This document shows, piece after piece, positions 17,896 through 25,927 of a stretch of 64,000 bases of DNA. The position numbers and the translations under genes are program-made. Below the pieces are notes generated by a model. It was given only the letters and a program-made list of their open reading frames with translations. It did not search any database and was not told the origin of the DNA. Source of the stretch: a virus. The first letter of the stretch is position 1; every line of letters begins with the position of its first letter. The stretch lies in IMG/VR virus record IMGVR_UViG_3300047323_000545, one strand, 5' to 3'.

Positions 17896-20075
17896 ACCTG
17901 CAGCTCCATGTTGATGTCGGCCTCCGTGATGTGGCGGCGCATGCCGAGGTGGCGCGGGCCCTGGTAAAGGCCGACGGCCTGCTTGCGCTCGATCGCCTCG
18001 GGGACCGGAACCTCGGCGTCGTCCTCGACGACCGGCTTGACCGGCACCTTGACCTTGGGCTGGTGCTCGTCGGCCAGGGCCTTCATCCGCTCGTGGTTCT
18101 GGAACAGACCCACCACGTCGTCCAGGCGCGGCCGGGGGTACGGGATCAGCGAGGACTGCTTGGGCATGTCACCGCGCGCCTCGTCGGACTCGTCGGGGCG
18201 CTGCTCTGCGCCGCCCTGGCTGCCGTCGACCGGCTCCGTCTCCATGCCGGGCTGGGCGACCCCACCGTCCGGCGGCGTTGAGGTCAGGTCCTGCATGGTC
18301 GGCGCGATCGTGGGCTGCGTGGTGACCGGGTCCATGCCGAGGATCGGGATCCGCGACGGCGCGGTCGGCATCGCGCTGGGGTCCTGGGACTCGTCCAGGG
18401 CGCGCGGCTCGAAGTCGGAGCGCAGGTCCTGGCCGATGGGCAGGCCCTTGTCCTTGAGCGCGACATAGATGGCCTTGCGGGTCTCCTGCTCGGCCACCGC
18501 CATCTCGACGGCCTCGTCGCGCGACTTCTCGATCTCCTCGTCGAAGTCGATGTTGATGTTGTGCAGCCGGGTCTTCATGCTGATCGGCACCCCGGCCTCG
18601 CGCAGGGCCTCGAAGAACTCGTTCTGCGCGGCCTCGTCCTGCAAGCTCATGGTCTTGAACTGCAGGTCGGGGATCAGCAGCTTCGGCTGCTCGACGATCC
18701 GGCCCTCGCCGGTCTCCTCGTCGATCTCGTAGATCTCCTCCATCTTCACGTACCGCTTGCCGTTGCGCTCTTCGTAGTCGAAGTGCTCCTGGGCCTCGGC
18801 GACGACGAGGGCCCGCTGGCGGTAGTGGGAGGAGATGAGGTTCTGGTAGTTGGTCAGCATCTGCGTGACCAGGTCGCGGTTGAGGGCGTCGGCCGCGTAC
18901 GTCTCACCGGAGGACGCACCGGCGAGCATGGTCTTGGACAGGCCGAAGGTCTGCAGGACCCGTCCCTCGATCCGGTCAAAGTCGCCGGTCAGGTCGGGGA
19001 TGTCCTCCTTGCCCAGCACCGACTCCATCTGGACCGCGAAGTGGGTCATGATGATGCGGAAGTCGCCCGCGAGGGCCGCGTCCACGGCCTCCTCGAAGTC
19101 GGCGAGGTCGTCCATGGTCGGGATCCACGGCACGTTCGTGCCGAGGTCGGACGCAGACGCGCCGAGCTTGGCGTGGATGAGCGGCGTGTACAGCCTGTCG
19201 GCGATGGAGTCGACGGCCGCGTTCAACATTTCTTCCTGCATGAGCGAACGCATCGCTCTGTACAGCAGCGGGATGCCCCGGGGGTTGAACGTGTCCGCCT
19301 CGAACTTGATCTGCCGCAGCAGGATGTTCGACACCGGCATGAGGGCGTTGTCGTCGGAGTAGTACGTCAGCTCCGGGTACGCCGTGATGAGCTTCTCGTA
19401 CTCCCAGGCGGGCTGCCGGGTGCGGATCAGCTCCTTCATGCTCTGCGGGAGCCGGATCAGGAACCGGGGCTCGCGCAGGAACGGGCTCGGCTGCACCTCG
19501 ACGTCGTCGGGGTTCAGCAGCTCCTCGTCGTCCCAGACACCGAGGTCCTCGTTGAAGGTACCCAGCGGCCACGCCTCGCCGGTGGTCCAGTACTCCCGGC
19601 CCATCTTGACCAGGAACTTCTGGTAGTCCAGGCCGTCCTCGGAGAGGAAGTGGTCCGTGTAGAACTCCGTGAGCCGCTCGTCCTTGCACGTCATCTTCAG
19701 TCCGAGCAGCGGGTACTTCGAGTAGATGTCGACGCAGGAGCCGACCAGCGGATGCGAGATGTAAAGAAGTCGGCAGTACGCCCGCATCTTCTGCATCTGC
19801 GCCGGGTCGTCGAACTGGAACGGGAGATTATTTTGTCTCCAATAAAACAGCGGGTCGCGCGGCCTGACCGTGGCGAAGTCCACCGAAGGACCGCCCGCAC
19901 CGCCGCCGGTGAAGCCCGCCGCTGCCGTCCTCCGTTGGGCGACGCGCCGGTTGGCGCGCATCTCGGCCTCTTCGCCCGACTCGCTCGGCCGCGAGGAAAA
20001 GCGGCGGAACAAGCGGTCGATCCGTGACTGCTCGCCGTCGTAGTTCGGCTGGGCTCCGCCCCGCTGGCTTGCCAT
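17892..20075 (-). CDS. Portal protein
   Basis: 727 aa; HPLVGSCVDIYSKYPL...REYW..GE...RGIPLL.RA pattern of Bxz1/E3-type portals; head-module context. Confidence 0.7.
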   Translation of the reverse strand: MASQRGGAQPNYDGEQSRIDRLFRRFSSRPSESGEEAEMRANRRVAQRRTAAAGFTGGGAGGPSVDFATVRPRDPLFYWRQNNLPFQFDDPAQMQKMRAYCRLLYISHPLVGSCVDIYSKYPLLGLKMTCKDERLTEFYTDHFLSEDGLDYQKFLVKMGREYWTTGEAWPLGTFNEDLGVWDDEELLNPDDVEVQPSPFLREPRFLIRLPQSMKELIRTRQPAWEYEKLITAYPELTYYSDDNALMPVSNILLRQIKFEADTFNPRGIPLLYRAMRSLMQEEMLNAAVDSIADRLYTPLIHAKLGASASDLGTNVPWIPTMDDLADFEEAVDAALAGDFRIIMTHFAVQMESVLGKEDIPDLTGDFDRIEGRVLQTFGLSKTMLAGASSGETYAADALNRDLVTQMLTNYQNLISSHYRQRALVVAEAQEHFDYEERNGKRYVKMEEIYEIDEETGEGRIVEQPKLLIPDLQFKTMSLQDEAAQNEFFEALREAGVPISMKTRLHNINIDFDEEIEKSRDEAVEMAVAEQETRKAIYVALKDKGLPIGQDLRSDFEPRALDESQDPSAMPTAPSRIPILGMDPVTTQPTIAPTMQDLTSTPPDGGVAQPGMETEPVDGSQGGAEQRPDESDEARGDMPKQSSLIPYPRPRLDDVVGLFQNHERMKALADEHQPKVKVPVKPVVEDDAEVPVPEAIERKQAVGLYQGPRHLGMRRHITEADINMELQV

Positions 20076-20096
20076 GAATCCTCCTGTGGTGGCTCA

Positions 20097-20128
20097 CCCC
20101 TTGGGGGTGGGCGAGCCGCCACAGACAG
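20097..20128 (-). promoter_or_regulatory. Late-type bipartite motif, copy 7
   Basis: CTGTC-N21-AAGGGGTG upstream of the portal gene. Confidence 0.65.
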
Positions 20129-20134
20129 GGCCGA

Positions 20135-20317
20135 TCAGGAGGAGGGGGTCTTCCTCCGCGTCTTCTTCACCGGCTCCGCCGGGGATGCGTCGGCGTACCC
20201 GTACGACTGCAGCTGGGCCGCGCGGGCCTCCTGGCCCTCAGGCAGCTCCAGCACCTCACCGGAGGCGTAGACGACGCCGTCCAGCTCCAGCGTCACCAGG
20301 GCGCGCAGGGAGATCAC
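20135..20317 (-). CDS. Small hypothetical protein
   Basis: 60 aa; GTGA overlap with the upstream gene. Confidence 0.55.
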   Translation of the reverse strand: MISLRALVTLELDGVVYASGEVLELPEGQEARAAQLQSYGYADASPAEPVKKTRRKTPSS

Positions 20318-20835
20318 TGCTGGCCTCCCAGGAGCCCGGCGAGGTAGTCGACGTACGCGGCCCGCCCGAGCGTCCGGCCGCCGGACGCCCGGTAGACGGA
20401 CTCCTTCTTCCCGAACGGCGGCCCGCCGCCGGAGTCCTTGTCGCCGCCACCGGAGCCGTCCGAGCCGCCGCTGTCGGAGCCCGAGTCGCTTGAGTCGCTG
20501 CCTCCGCCGAACGGAGGCGCACCACCGCCGTCCTCGGCCCCGTCCGCGCCTTCAGCGCCCGGCGGCATCGCGTTCGGGTCGTTGGGGTCACCGCCCGGCG
20601 GCATCCCGGGCATGGTCGGAGGCGGCATCCCGGGGATCTGCATCGGCATTCCGTCGATCGTCTGAGGGAACGCCGAGTACATCGGCTGCACCCTGACCAG
20701 GAACGACTGATTGCAGAACGAGCACTCCGTGTTGCCGTCCGAGCGGCCGATGACCTGCCCCGATCCGCAGAACGGGCAGTGCGCGATCGTGATCCCGTCG
20801 CCGGACTGATGCGCCACCACTACGCGCAGCGTCAT
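20314..20835 (-). CDS. Zn-ribbon protein with Pro/Gly/Asp-rich tail
   Basis: CPFCGSG...ECSFC; GGAGGTG RBS. Confidence 0.65.
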   Translation of the reverse strand: MTLRVVVAHQSGDGITIAHCPFCGSGQVIGRSDGNTECSFCNQSFLVRVQPMYSAFPQTIDGMPMQIPGMPPPTMPGMPPGGDPNDPNAMPPGAEGADGAEDGGGAPPFGGGSDSSDSGSDSGGSDGSGGGDKDSGGGPPFGKKESVYRASGGRTLGRAAYVDYLAGLLGGQQ

Positions 20836-20850
20836 ACCGCTCACCTCCAC

Positions 20851-20881
20851 CCCCTACAGGTGGAGCGACGCCCCCGGACAG
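20851..20881 (-). promoter_or_regulatory. Late-type bipartite motif, copy 8
   Basis: CTGTC-N20-TAGGGG. Confidence 0.6.
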
Positions 20882-20886
20882 CACAA

Positions 20887-20917
20887 CGCCCCTCCTGACG
20901 TCTAGGCAGGAGGGGCG
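20887..20917. terminator. Hairpin after the nuclease gene
   Basis: 11-bp stem CGCCCCTCCTG/CAGGAGGGGCG. Confidence 0.5.
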
Positions 20918-20975
20918 AGTAGCCCGCGCGTGTGGATGCCGAATCGCGACAGGCTGGTGGCCATGGGGCCTTCGG

Positions 20976-21332
20976 CTACGGTACCGGTTCCGGGACGGGC
21001 CGGGGGCCGGTTCCGTCGTACGGGAGAGCCAGTCCGGCGTCGATCAGCGCCTGGCCCAGGTCCTCGGTGCCGGACAGGACCGTCGCGAGGTAGCGACCGT
21101 ACTTCTCCCGCTTGTCCTTCTGGGTCCGGACGGTGAGCACCGGCCCATGTTTCTGGACCCAGTCCCGGACGAAGGCGGTGGCCTTGTCGCCGAGTTCGGT
21201 GCCGTGCTCGGCGGCGTTGATGCCGAGGAGGCGCGCCCGCTGCCTGGTGAGCACTCCGAACCCGAGGTCGAGCTGCAGGTCCAGGGTGTCGCCGTCGACC
21301 ACCTTCTCCACGGTGGCCTGGTAGATGAACAC
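20976..21332 (-). CDS. Thermonuclease (SNase) family protein
   Basis: VVDGDT..L.LDLGF....RLLGINAAE...KYGRYLA...LIDAGLA..YDG. Confidence 0.9.
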   Translation of the reverse strand: MFIYQATVEKVVDGDTLDLQLDLGFGVLTRQRARLLGINAAEHGTELGDKATAFVRDWVQKHGPVLTVRTQKDKREKYGRYLATVLSGTEDLGQALIDAGLALPYDGTGPRPVPEPVP

Positions 21333-21545
21333 CTACTGACCTCCGAAGATGATGTGCGGGATGAACCAGGCCGTCAGGCCCAGCCAGGCGATGACGAAGG
21401 CCGCCTTGCCGGGCCGGGTGCTGGTGTGGAACCAGGTCCGAACCCGCTCGGAGAGCGTGTCGCCCAGCTTGCCGTTGAAGACGCCGTACATCTCGTAGGC
21501 GAACGCGGTGCCGAGAATGGCTCCCCAGGTGAGGTTCGGGTCCAT
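21333..21545 (-). CDS. Small membrane protein
   Basis: 70 aa, two hydrophobic segments, AGGAG RBS. Confidence 0.6.
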   Translation of the reverse strand: MDPNLTWGAILGTAFAYEMYGVFNGKLGDTLSERVRTWFHTSTRPGKAAFVIAWLGLTAWFIPHIIFGGQ

Positions 21546-21553
21546 CGCTGCTC

Positions 21554-22795
21554 CTACTCGAACAGGCTGTGCTGGAGGCTGGCCCGGTGGGAGAAGGCGT
21601 GCTCGGCCGGGTCGGTCGGCAGCGACTGCTGGCCACCGGCGGGCGCGCCGCTGTCGGGGTGGGAGAAGTCGGTCACCACCGACCGCACCGGCGGCTCACC
21701 CGTCCCGCGCTCGCCCGGCTCCGCGTGGGAGAACGGCAGCCTGGAAGGGGTGCGCCCCAGTTCGTCCAGACTGTGCTCCATGTCGTCGGTCCTCCGGTCG
21801 TGCGCCTGCTGCAGGTACTTCGTGCGCTGCTCGGTGTCCGCCGGGCTCTCGAAGCGGTCCGCGCGCGGGGTGTCCCACTTGTGGTTCATCTCGGCCTGGT
21901 CGCCGTTCAGCCGGTTCATGATGTCGTTGAACTCGCGGCGCCCCTGCTCGTCGTGATGACGAGTGACGGCGTCATCGACGTGGTCGGAGGCCGCGTTGTT
22001 GCTCGGGGTGATCAGCGGGGCCCGCCCGGGGGCCGGGGCCGACGGCGCCGGAGTCGAGGACGGCGCCGGGGTGTGCTGCGCATCCTCGCCGCCGTGCCAC
22101 CAGTCCTTCAGCCGCTGGTAGAACCCGGCTACGGTCGGGTCCAGGGAGGCAGCCGAACCGAGGCCCTCTTCCAGGCCGTCCAGGCGCTTGTTGACCTCGT
22201 CGAAGGTGCTGGAGCCGCCGTTGGCGCCCGGGTCGGCCGCCGGGCCGCTGGCGCTCTCCGGAAGAGCCTTGGGCAGCTGGCCCGGGGTGAAGTTCTTGGC
22301 CCGGTTGGTGACCGGGCCGTCGTGCGTGCCGCCCCACGACTCGTACGCCAGCGGGTAGGCGTCGGCGTGCACCCGGACGGCCTCGGTGGCCAGCTTCAGG
22401 CACTCGACCATCGGCACGCCGGGGTTCTGCCGCGCCGCCACGGCGGCCAGGCGGGCCGCCACGGTGTCCATGGCCTGCTCCTGGGCGGCCGTCACCTGCC
22501 GCCGGGCGGCCGTCTTCTGAGCGGTCGCCGTACGCGTCTGGGACAGCAGCTGCCATCGCTCGGTCAGGTCGCCGGTCAGGTCCTGCAGCGGGTAACCGCG
22601 CAGGGACGCCACGGCCTGCAGCTGCGAGTCGGCCAGCGCGAACCGGTTGACCAGGTCGACGTCGTTGGCCGCCTGGTAGAGGAACTGGCCGACCATGCGC
22701 TCGGCGTCGTTCAGGGCGGCCGTACGGGCCAGCTCACGACGCTCGTGGTCGAGGTCGCGGCCGGTCTCGTCCCACATCAGGGATGCGATGTCCAT
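21554..22795 (-). CDS. Hypothetical head-module protein
   Basis: 413 aa ORF in the operon with typical codon usage. Confidence 0.6.
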   Translation of the reverse strand: MDIASLMWDETGRDLDHERRELARTAALNDAERMVGQFLYQAANDVDLVNRFALADSQLQAVASLRGYPLQDLTGDLTERWQLLSQTRTATAQKTAARRQVTAAQEQAMDTVAARLAAVAARQNPGVPMVECLKLATEAVRVHADAYPLAYESWGGTHDGPVTNRAKNFTPGQLPKALPESASGPAADPGANGGSSTFDEVNKRLDGLEEGLGSAASLDPTVAGFYQRLKDWWHGGEDAQHTPAPSSTPAPSAPAPGRAPLITPSNNAASDHVDDAVTRHHDEQGRREFNDIMNRLNGDQAEMNHKWDTPRADRFESPADTEQRTKYLQQAHDRRTDDMEHSLDELGRTPSRLPFSHAEPGERGTGEPPVRSVVTDFSHPDSGAPAGGQQSLPTDPAEHAFSHRASLQHSLFE

Positions 22796-22798
22796 GGG

Positions 22799-24964
22799 TC
22801 AGGCGCCCTTTCGCTCGGCGAGGAGGCCCGACTGCACGCGTCGGCGGAACGCAGCCGCCGTCGGGGACAGGCCGGAGCCGGAGTTGTACGCGGACGCCAT
22901 GCCGCTGTCGGGTATGGTCACCGGCTGGCCCTGCGGCACGGCCGCCGAGGACGGCACGACCGGCTGGCCCATCGGCTCGGCCCCGTTGTAGGGGGCGGCA
23001 CCGGCCGGGGCGGCTGCGTCCATCTGTCCCGCGAGCGGGCCGGGCTTGCCGGGGCCGTTGATCGGGGTGTCGCCGGACGGCGACGGCGAGGTGGACGGGT
23101 TGGTGGTGGCCAGGTCGATCCCGGTGGCGGCCTGGACCTGCAGGTAGGTGCCATCGGTGGGCAGCGCCTGCGCGGCGGCCACCTTGTGGGTCAGCTCCCG
23201 GTGCTGGGCGATCCGGCGGCCCAGGGCGGGCTCGACGGACGTCAAGGCCGCGTGCGCGGACAGCCACGCACCGCGCGAGTGCGGGTTGTCGGTGAACCCG
23301 GCGTAGATACCGGCCTCCAGCTCCGGCGAGCCGGGCCGGACCACCGGAGTGCCCTCCTTCCAGCGGGCCGCGTACTTGTAGCCCTTCTGGAAGTCCGGGT
23401 GCTGCATGTCCTGCCGGGACGCCACGCGACGCGAGGCGAACGCGGGGTGCTTCAGGGACTGCCCGTTGTCACCGCCCATGGAGTACGGCACGTCCTGCGC
23501 GGGCGCGGCCGGGGCAGTGCTGGTGTAGCCCTGGGTGTACTGGGGCGCGGCGTGTGCGTCACCGAACGAGGGCGCCGTGTCTGCCGCGCGGGCGTCCGCA
23601 GCGCCGTCACCGGCCTGCCCGACGTTCCTGGGCGGCGTGGAGCGCGGCGAGTTGGCGATGTTCGGCTCGATGATCTGGTTCGGCTGGGTCCACTGGTCGG
23701 CCCGCCGCTGCAGGGAGGCGTGCGGCTGGTGGCCGGAGGAGACCTGGCCGCCCTGGTCGTACTGGGCGTCGCCGGTCATGCCGTGGGCCTCGCCGCCCTC
23801 GTCCAGCGTCCACGGGAACGCCACGGTGGTCGGCAGCGGCGTCTTGTGGTCCTGGTCGTGGACGTCGACCGACTGCTGGACCTGCTCCAGGCCGGACGCG
23901 GCCGTCTTGGGCCGCTGGGAGACGTCACCGGCCTCCTGGGTCTGCTCGGTCTCCTCCTGCGCCGGTTCGGCCTGCGGAGTGGCGTTGGTCGGCCCGCCCT
24001 GCGCCGGGAGGTCCCCGGAGATGGAGTGGCCGCCCGCGCGCTCCGGCGAGGAGCTGCCGCCACCGCCGGACAGGGACGGCTCGGCGCCGGGGCCGGTCAG
24101 CTGGCCGCTGCTGTCGTGGCCGCCGGGCTGCTCGGGGCTGGAGTTCCCGCCCTGCTGGGACATCTGGATCGCCGGGGCCGCGCTGGAGGTCTCCGTGCCG
24201 GAGACGGCGGTGTTGATGTCGGCGACCGGCGGCGCGAAGTTGTCGAAGACGTCCGGGGGCAGCGGGGTCGGCTTGTTGGTGACGCCGTCCGGCGCGGTGG
24301 TCTGCTGGATCTGGTCCACGCCCGAGGCGGCCTCGACGGTGACGGCCTGGGTGCGCAGGAACGTCGCGTAGCCGACGAAGATGTCCTCGGCCGTCTGGGA
24401 CTGCGCGCCGAGGCTCGCGCTGACCTGGCGGGCCTTGCCGACGGCCTGCTCGGCGAACTCCTCCTGGTCGGCCTTGACGAAGTCCGGCACGCCGCCGAAC
24501 CACAGCGCGGCCTGCGCGATCAGCTGGCCGTGGTCGAACGGGGTGTCGGCGACCTCGGTGTCCAGCCAGTCGGACGCGGACGTGCCGCGCGCGACGGAGG
24601 AGACAACCGGGGTGAACCTCTCCCGGATCGAGGTGTCGGCCAGGTCCGCCTCGTGGTCCAGCGCGGCGGTGCGCTGCGCGGCACGGTCGAACTCGTGAAG
24701 CTGGGCGACGAGCTTGAGCTGCTCGTCGAACGATGCGGCACGCTCGATCCGCTGCAGCAGCTCGGAGCGGTCAGGGCTGGGCATGCTGTTCTCCTCCTGC
24801 GCGCCCGCGCGGCGCATCCGGCGACGTACGGAACGGTCTTCGCGGGAGGGGTTGCGGCGTGGGCCGCGCGCAGCAGGACGCATCGGCTCGCGAGAGGACT
24901 CCTCGGCGGTCCAGGACTCGTCCGTCCACAGGTCGTCCGGTGCGTCGTGTCGAGCGTCGTACAT
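22799..24964 (-). CDS. Large low-complexity head-module protein with internal repeats
   Basis: ATG 24964 with AGGAGG RBS (second good start at 24784); repeats AASG.(D/E)Q.QQ...(K/P)TPLP. Confidence 0.6.
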   Translation of the reverse strand: MYDARHDAPDDLWTDESWTAEESSREPMRPAARGPRRNPSREDRSVRRRMRRAGAQEENSMPSPDRSELLQRIERAASFDEQLKLVAQLHEFDRAAQRTAALDHEADLADTSIRERFTPVVSSVARGTSASDWLDTEVADTPFDHGQLIAQAALWFGGVPDFVKADQEEFAEQAVGKARQVSASLGAQSQTAEDIFVGYATFLRTQAVTVEAASGVDQIQQTTAPDGVTNKPTPLPPDVFDNFAPPVADINTAVSGTETSSAAPAIQMSQQGGNSSPEQPGGHDSSGQLTGPGAEPSLSGGGGSSSPERAGGHSISGDLPAQGGPTNATPQAEPAQEETEQTQEAGDVSQRPKTAASGLEQVQQSVDVHDQDHKTPLPTTVAFPWTLDEGGEAHGMTGDAQYDQGGQVSSGHQPHASLQRRADQWTQPNQIIEPNIANSPRSTPPRNVGQAGDGAADARAADTAPSFGDAHAAPQYTQGYTSTAPAAPAQDVPYSMGGDNGQSLKHPAFASRRVASRQDMQHPDFQKGYKYAARWKEGTPVVRPGSPELEAGIYAGFTDNPHSRGAWLSAHAALTSVEPALGRRIAQHRELTHKVAAAQALPTDGTYLQVQAATGIDLATTNPSTSPSPSGDTPINGPGKPGPLAGQMDAAAPAGAAPYNGAEPMGQPVVPSSAAVPQGQPVTIPDSGMASAYNSGSGLSPTAAAFRRRVQSGLLAERKGA

Positions 24965-24984
24965 GCAAATCACCCCTCCTTCCG

Positions 24985-25017
24985 CCCCTTGAGGGGGCCG
25001 AGAGAGGGGTGAGACAG
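24985..25017 (-). promoter_or_regulatory. Late-type bipartite motif, copy 9
   Basis: CTGTC-N22-AAGGGG. Confidence 0.65.
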
Positions 25018-25031
25018 GAAGAGGGGGTGGG

Positions 25032-25277
25032 TCAGTCGGAGACGGGCTCCTTGGCGGGCGTGTACTCCAGGATGTCGCCGACGCCGCAGTCCAGTACGCG
25101 GCAGATGGCGGAGAGGGTGGCGAAGCGGACGGCGGCGACCTTGGCGTTGCGCAGCTTGGAGATATTCGCCTCCGTGATGCCAGCCTGCCGGGCCAGCTCG
25201 GCCGGGCTCATGCCGCGCTCGCGGAGGATGGCGTCGAGGCGGATGGTGATCTCGTGCTCAAAGTCGGTGGGCGGCAT
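25032..25277 (-). CDS. XRE/Cro (HTH_26, YozG-like) regulator
   Basis: LDAILRERGMS.AELA...GIT.ANISKL......VRF.TL.AIC.VLDC.VGDILEY. Confidence 0.9.
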   Translation of the reverse strand: MPPTDFEHEITIRLDAILRERGMSPAELARQAGITEANISKLRNAKVAAVRFATLSAICRVLDCGVGDILEYTPAKEPVSD

Positions 25278-25278
25278 G

Positions 25279-25851
25279 TCAGACCACGTTCTCCAGCTCG
25301 GCGTCGAGCTTCTTCGCCCGTTCGTGCTCTGCCACCCACTTGATGCGGTTGCCGACCGCTCCGACCAGCAGCAGGGCGAACGCTCCGCCGGACATCACCG
25401 AGCCCAGATCGAACTGGTTCGAGGGCACGTCGATGCCGAAGTAGAACTTGGTGATGACGCCGATGAAGCCGGGGGCGAGGATGATCAGGATGCTTGCGAT
25501 GCCGACCGTGATCATCACTCGCCGCGCCCGCGTCTTGGCGTAGTGGTCGTAACGGCTCTCCCACATGAGGTAGCTGTACGCAAGGACTACCAAGGCGACC
25601 TGCAGGAGGCTCGGCAGGGCGGCGACGAGGCGGTCGGTGAAGCTCGGGTCCGCCAGCTCGACTGTGACGGCCTGGACGGCGCCGGGGAGGTCCTTCGGCG
25701 CGGGTGTGCCAGTCTCCTTCGCGCTGACCATGGGGTGCAGCAGCGTCTGGAGGGAGTTGTAGGCGGCGAAGACCATGAGGGCCACGGGGAGCGCCGTCCT
25801 GGTGGACCGCGTGAGCATCCAGTTGGCGACGGCTTCGGTGCGAGATGTCAT
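25279..25851 (-). CDS. Membrane protein, DUF2975-like
   Basis: About 4 TM helices; C-terminal ..L..EL..VV; adjacent to an HTH_26 gene as in the common DUF2975-HTH pair. Confidence 0.55.
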   Translation of the reverse strand: MTSRTEAVANWMLTRSTRTALPVALMVFAAYNSLQTLLHPMVSAKETGTPAPKDLPGAVQAVTVELADPSFTDRLVAALPSLLQVALVVLAYSYLMWESRYDHYAKTRARRVMITVGIASILIILAPGFIGVITKFYFGIDVPSNQFDLGSVMSGGAFALLLVGAVGNRIKWVAEHERAKKLDAELENVV

Positions 25852-25864
25852 GGCGAGGTGAGTC

Positions 25865-25922
25865 CTTATCGTGGACGATAACGATTAGCTCGATGATAGT
25901 TATCGTCCACGATAAGAGTCAA
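25865..25922 (-). promoter_or_regulatory. Promoter TTGACT-18-TATCAT with two palindromic operators
   Basis: Perfect 18-bp inverted repeat 25865-25882/25899-25916; each arm is itself palindromic (TTATCGT-NN-ACGATAA); one arm fills the -35/-10 spacer. Confidence 0.8.
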
Positions 25923-25927
25923 GCGGG

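Noticed and set aside
24771-24968. 65-aa Arg-rich ORF
   Set aside because: The strong RBS fits ATG 24964, which is in the frame of the 22799 gene.
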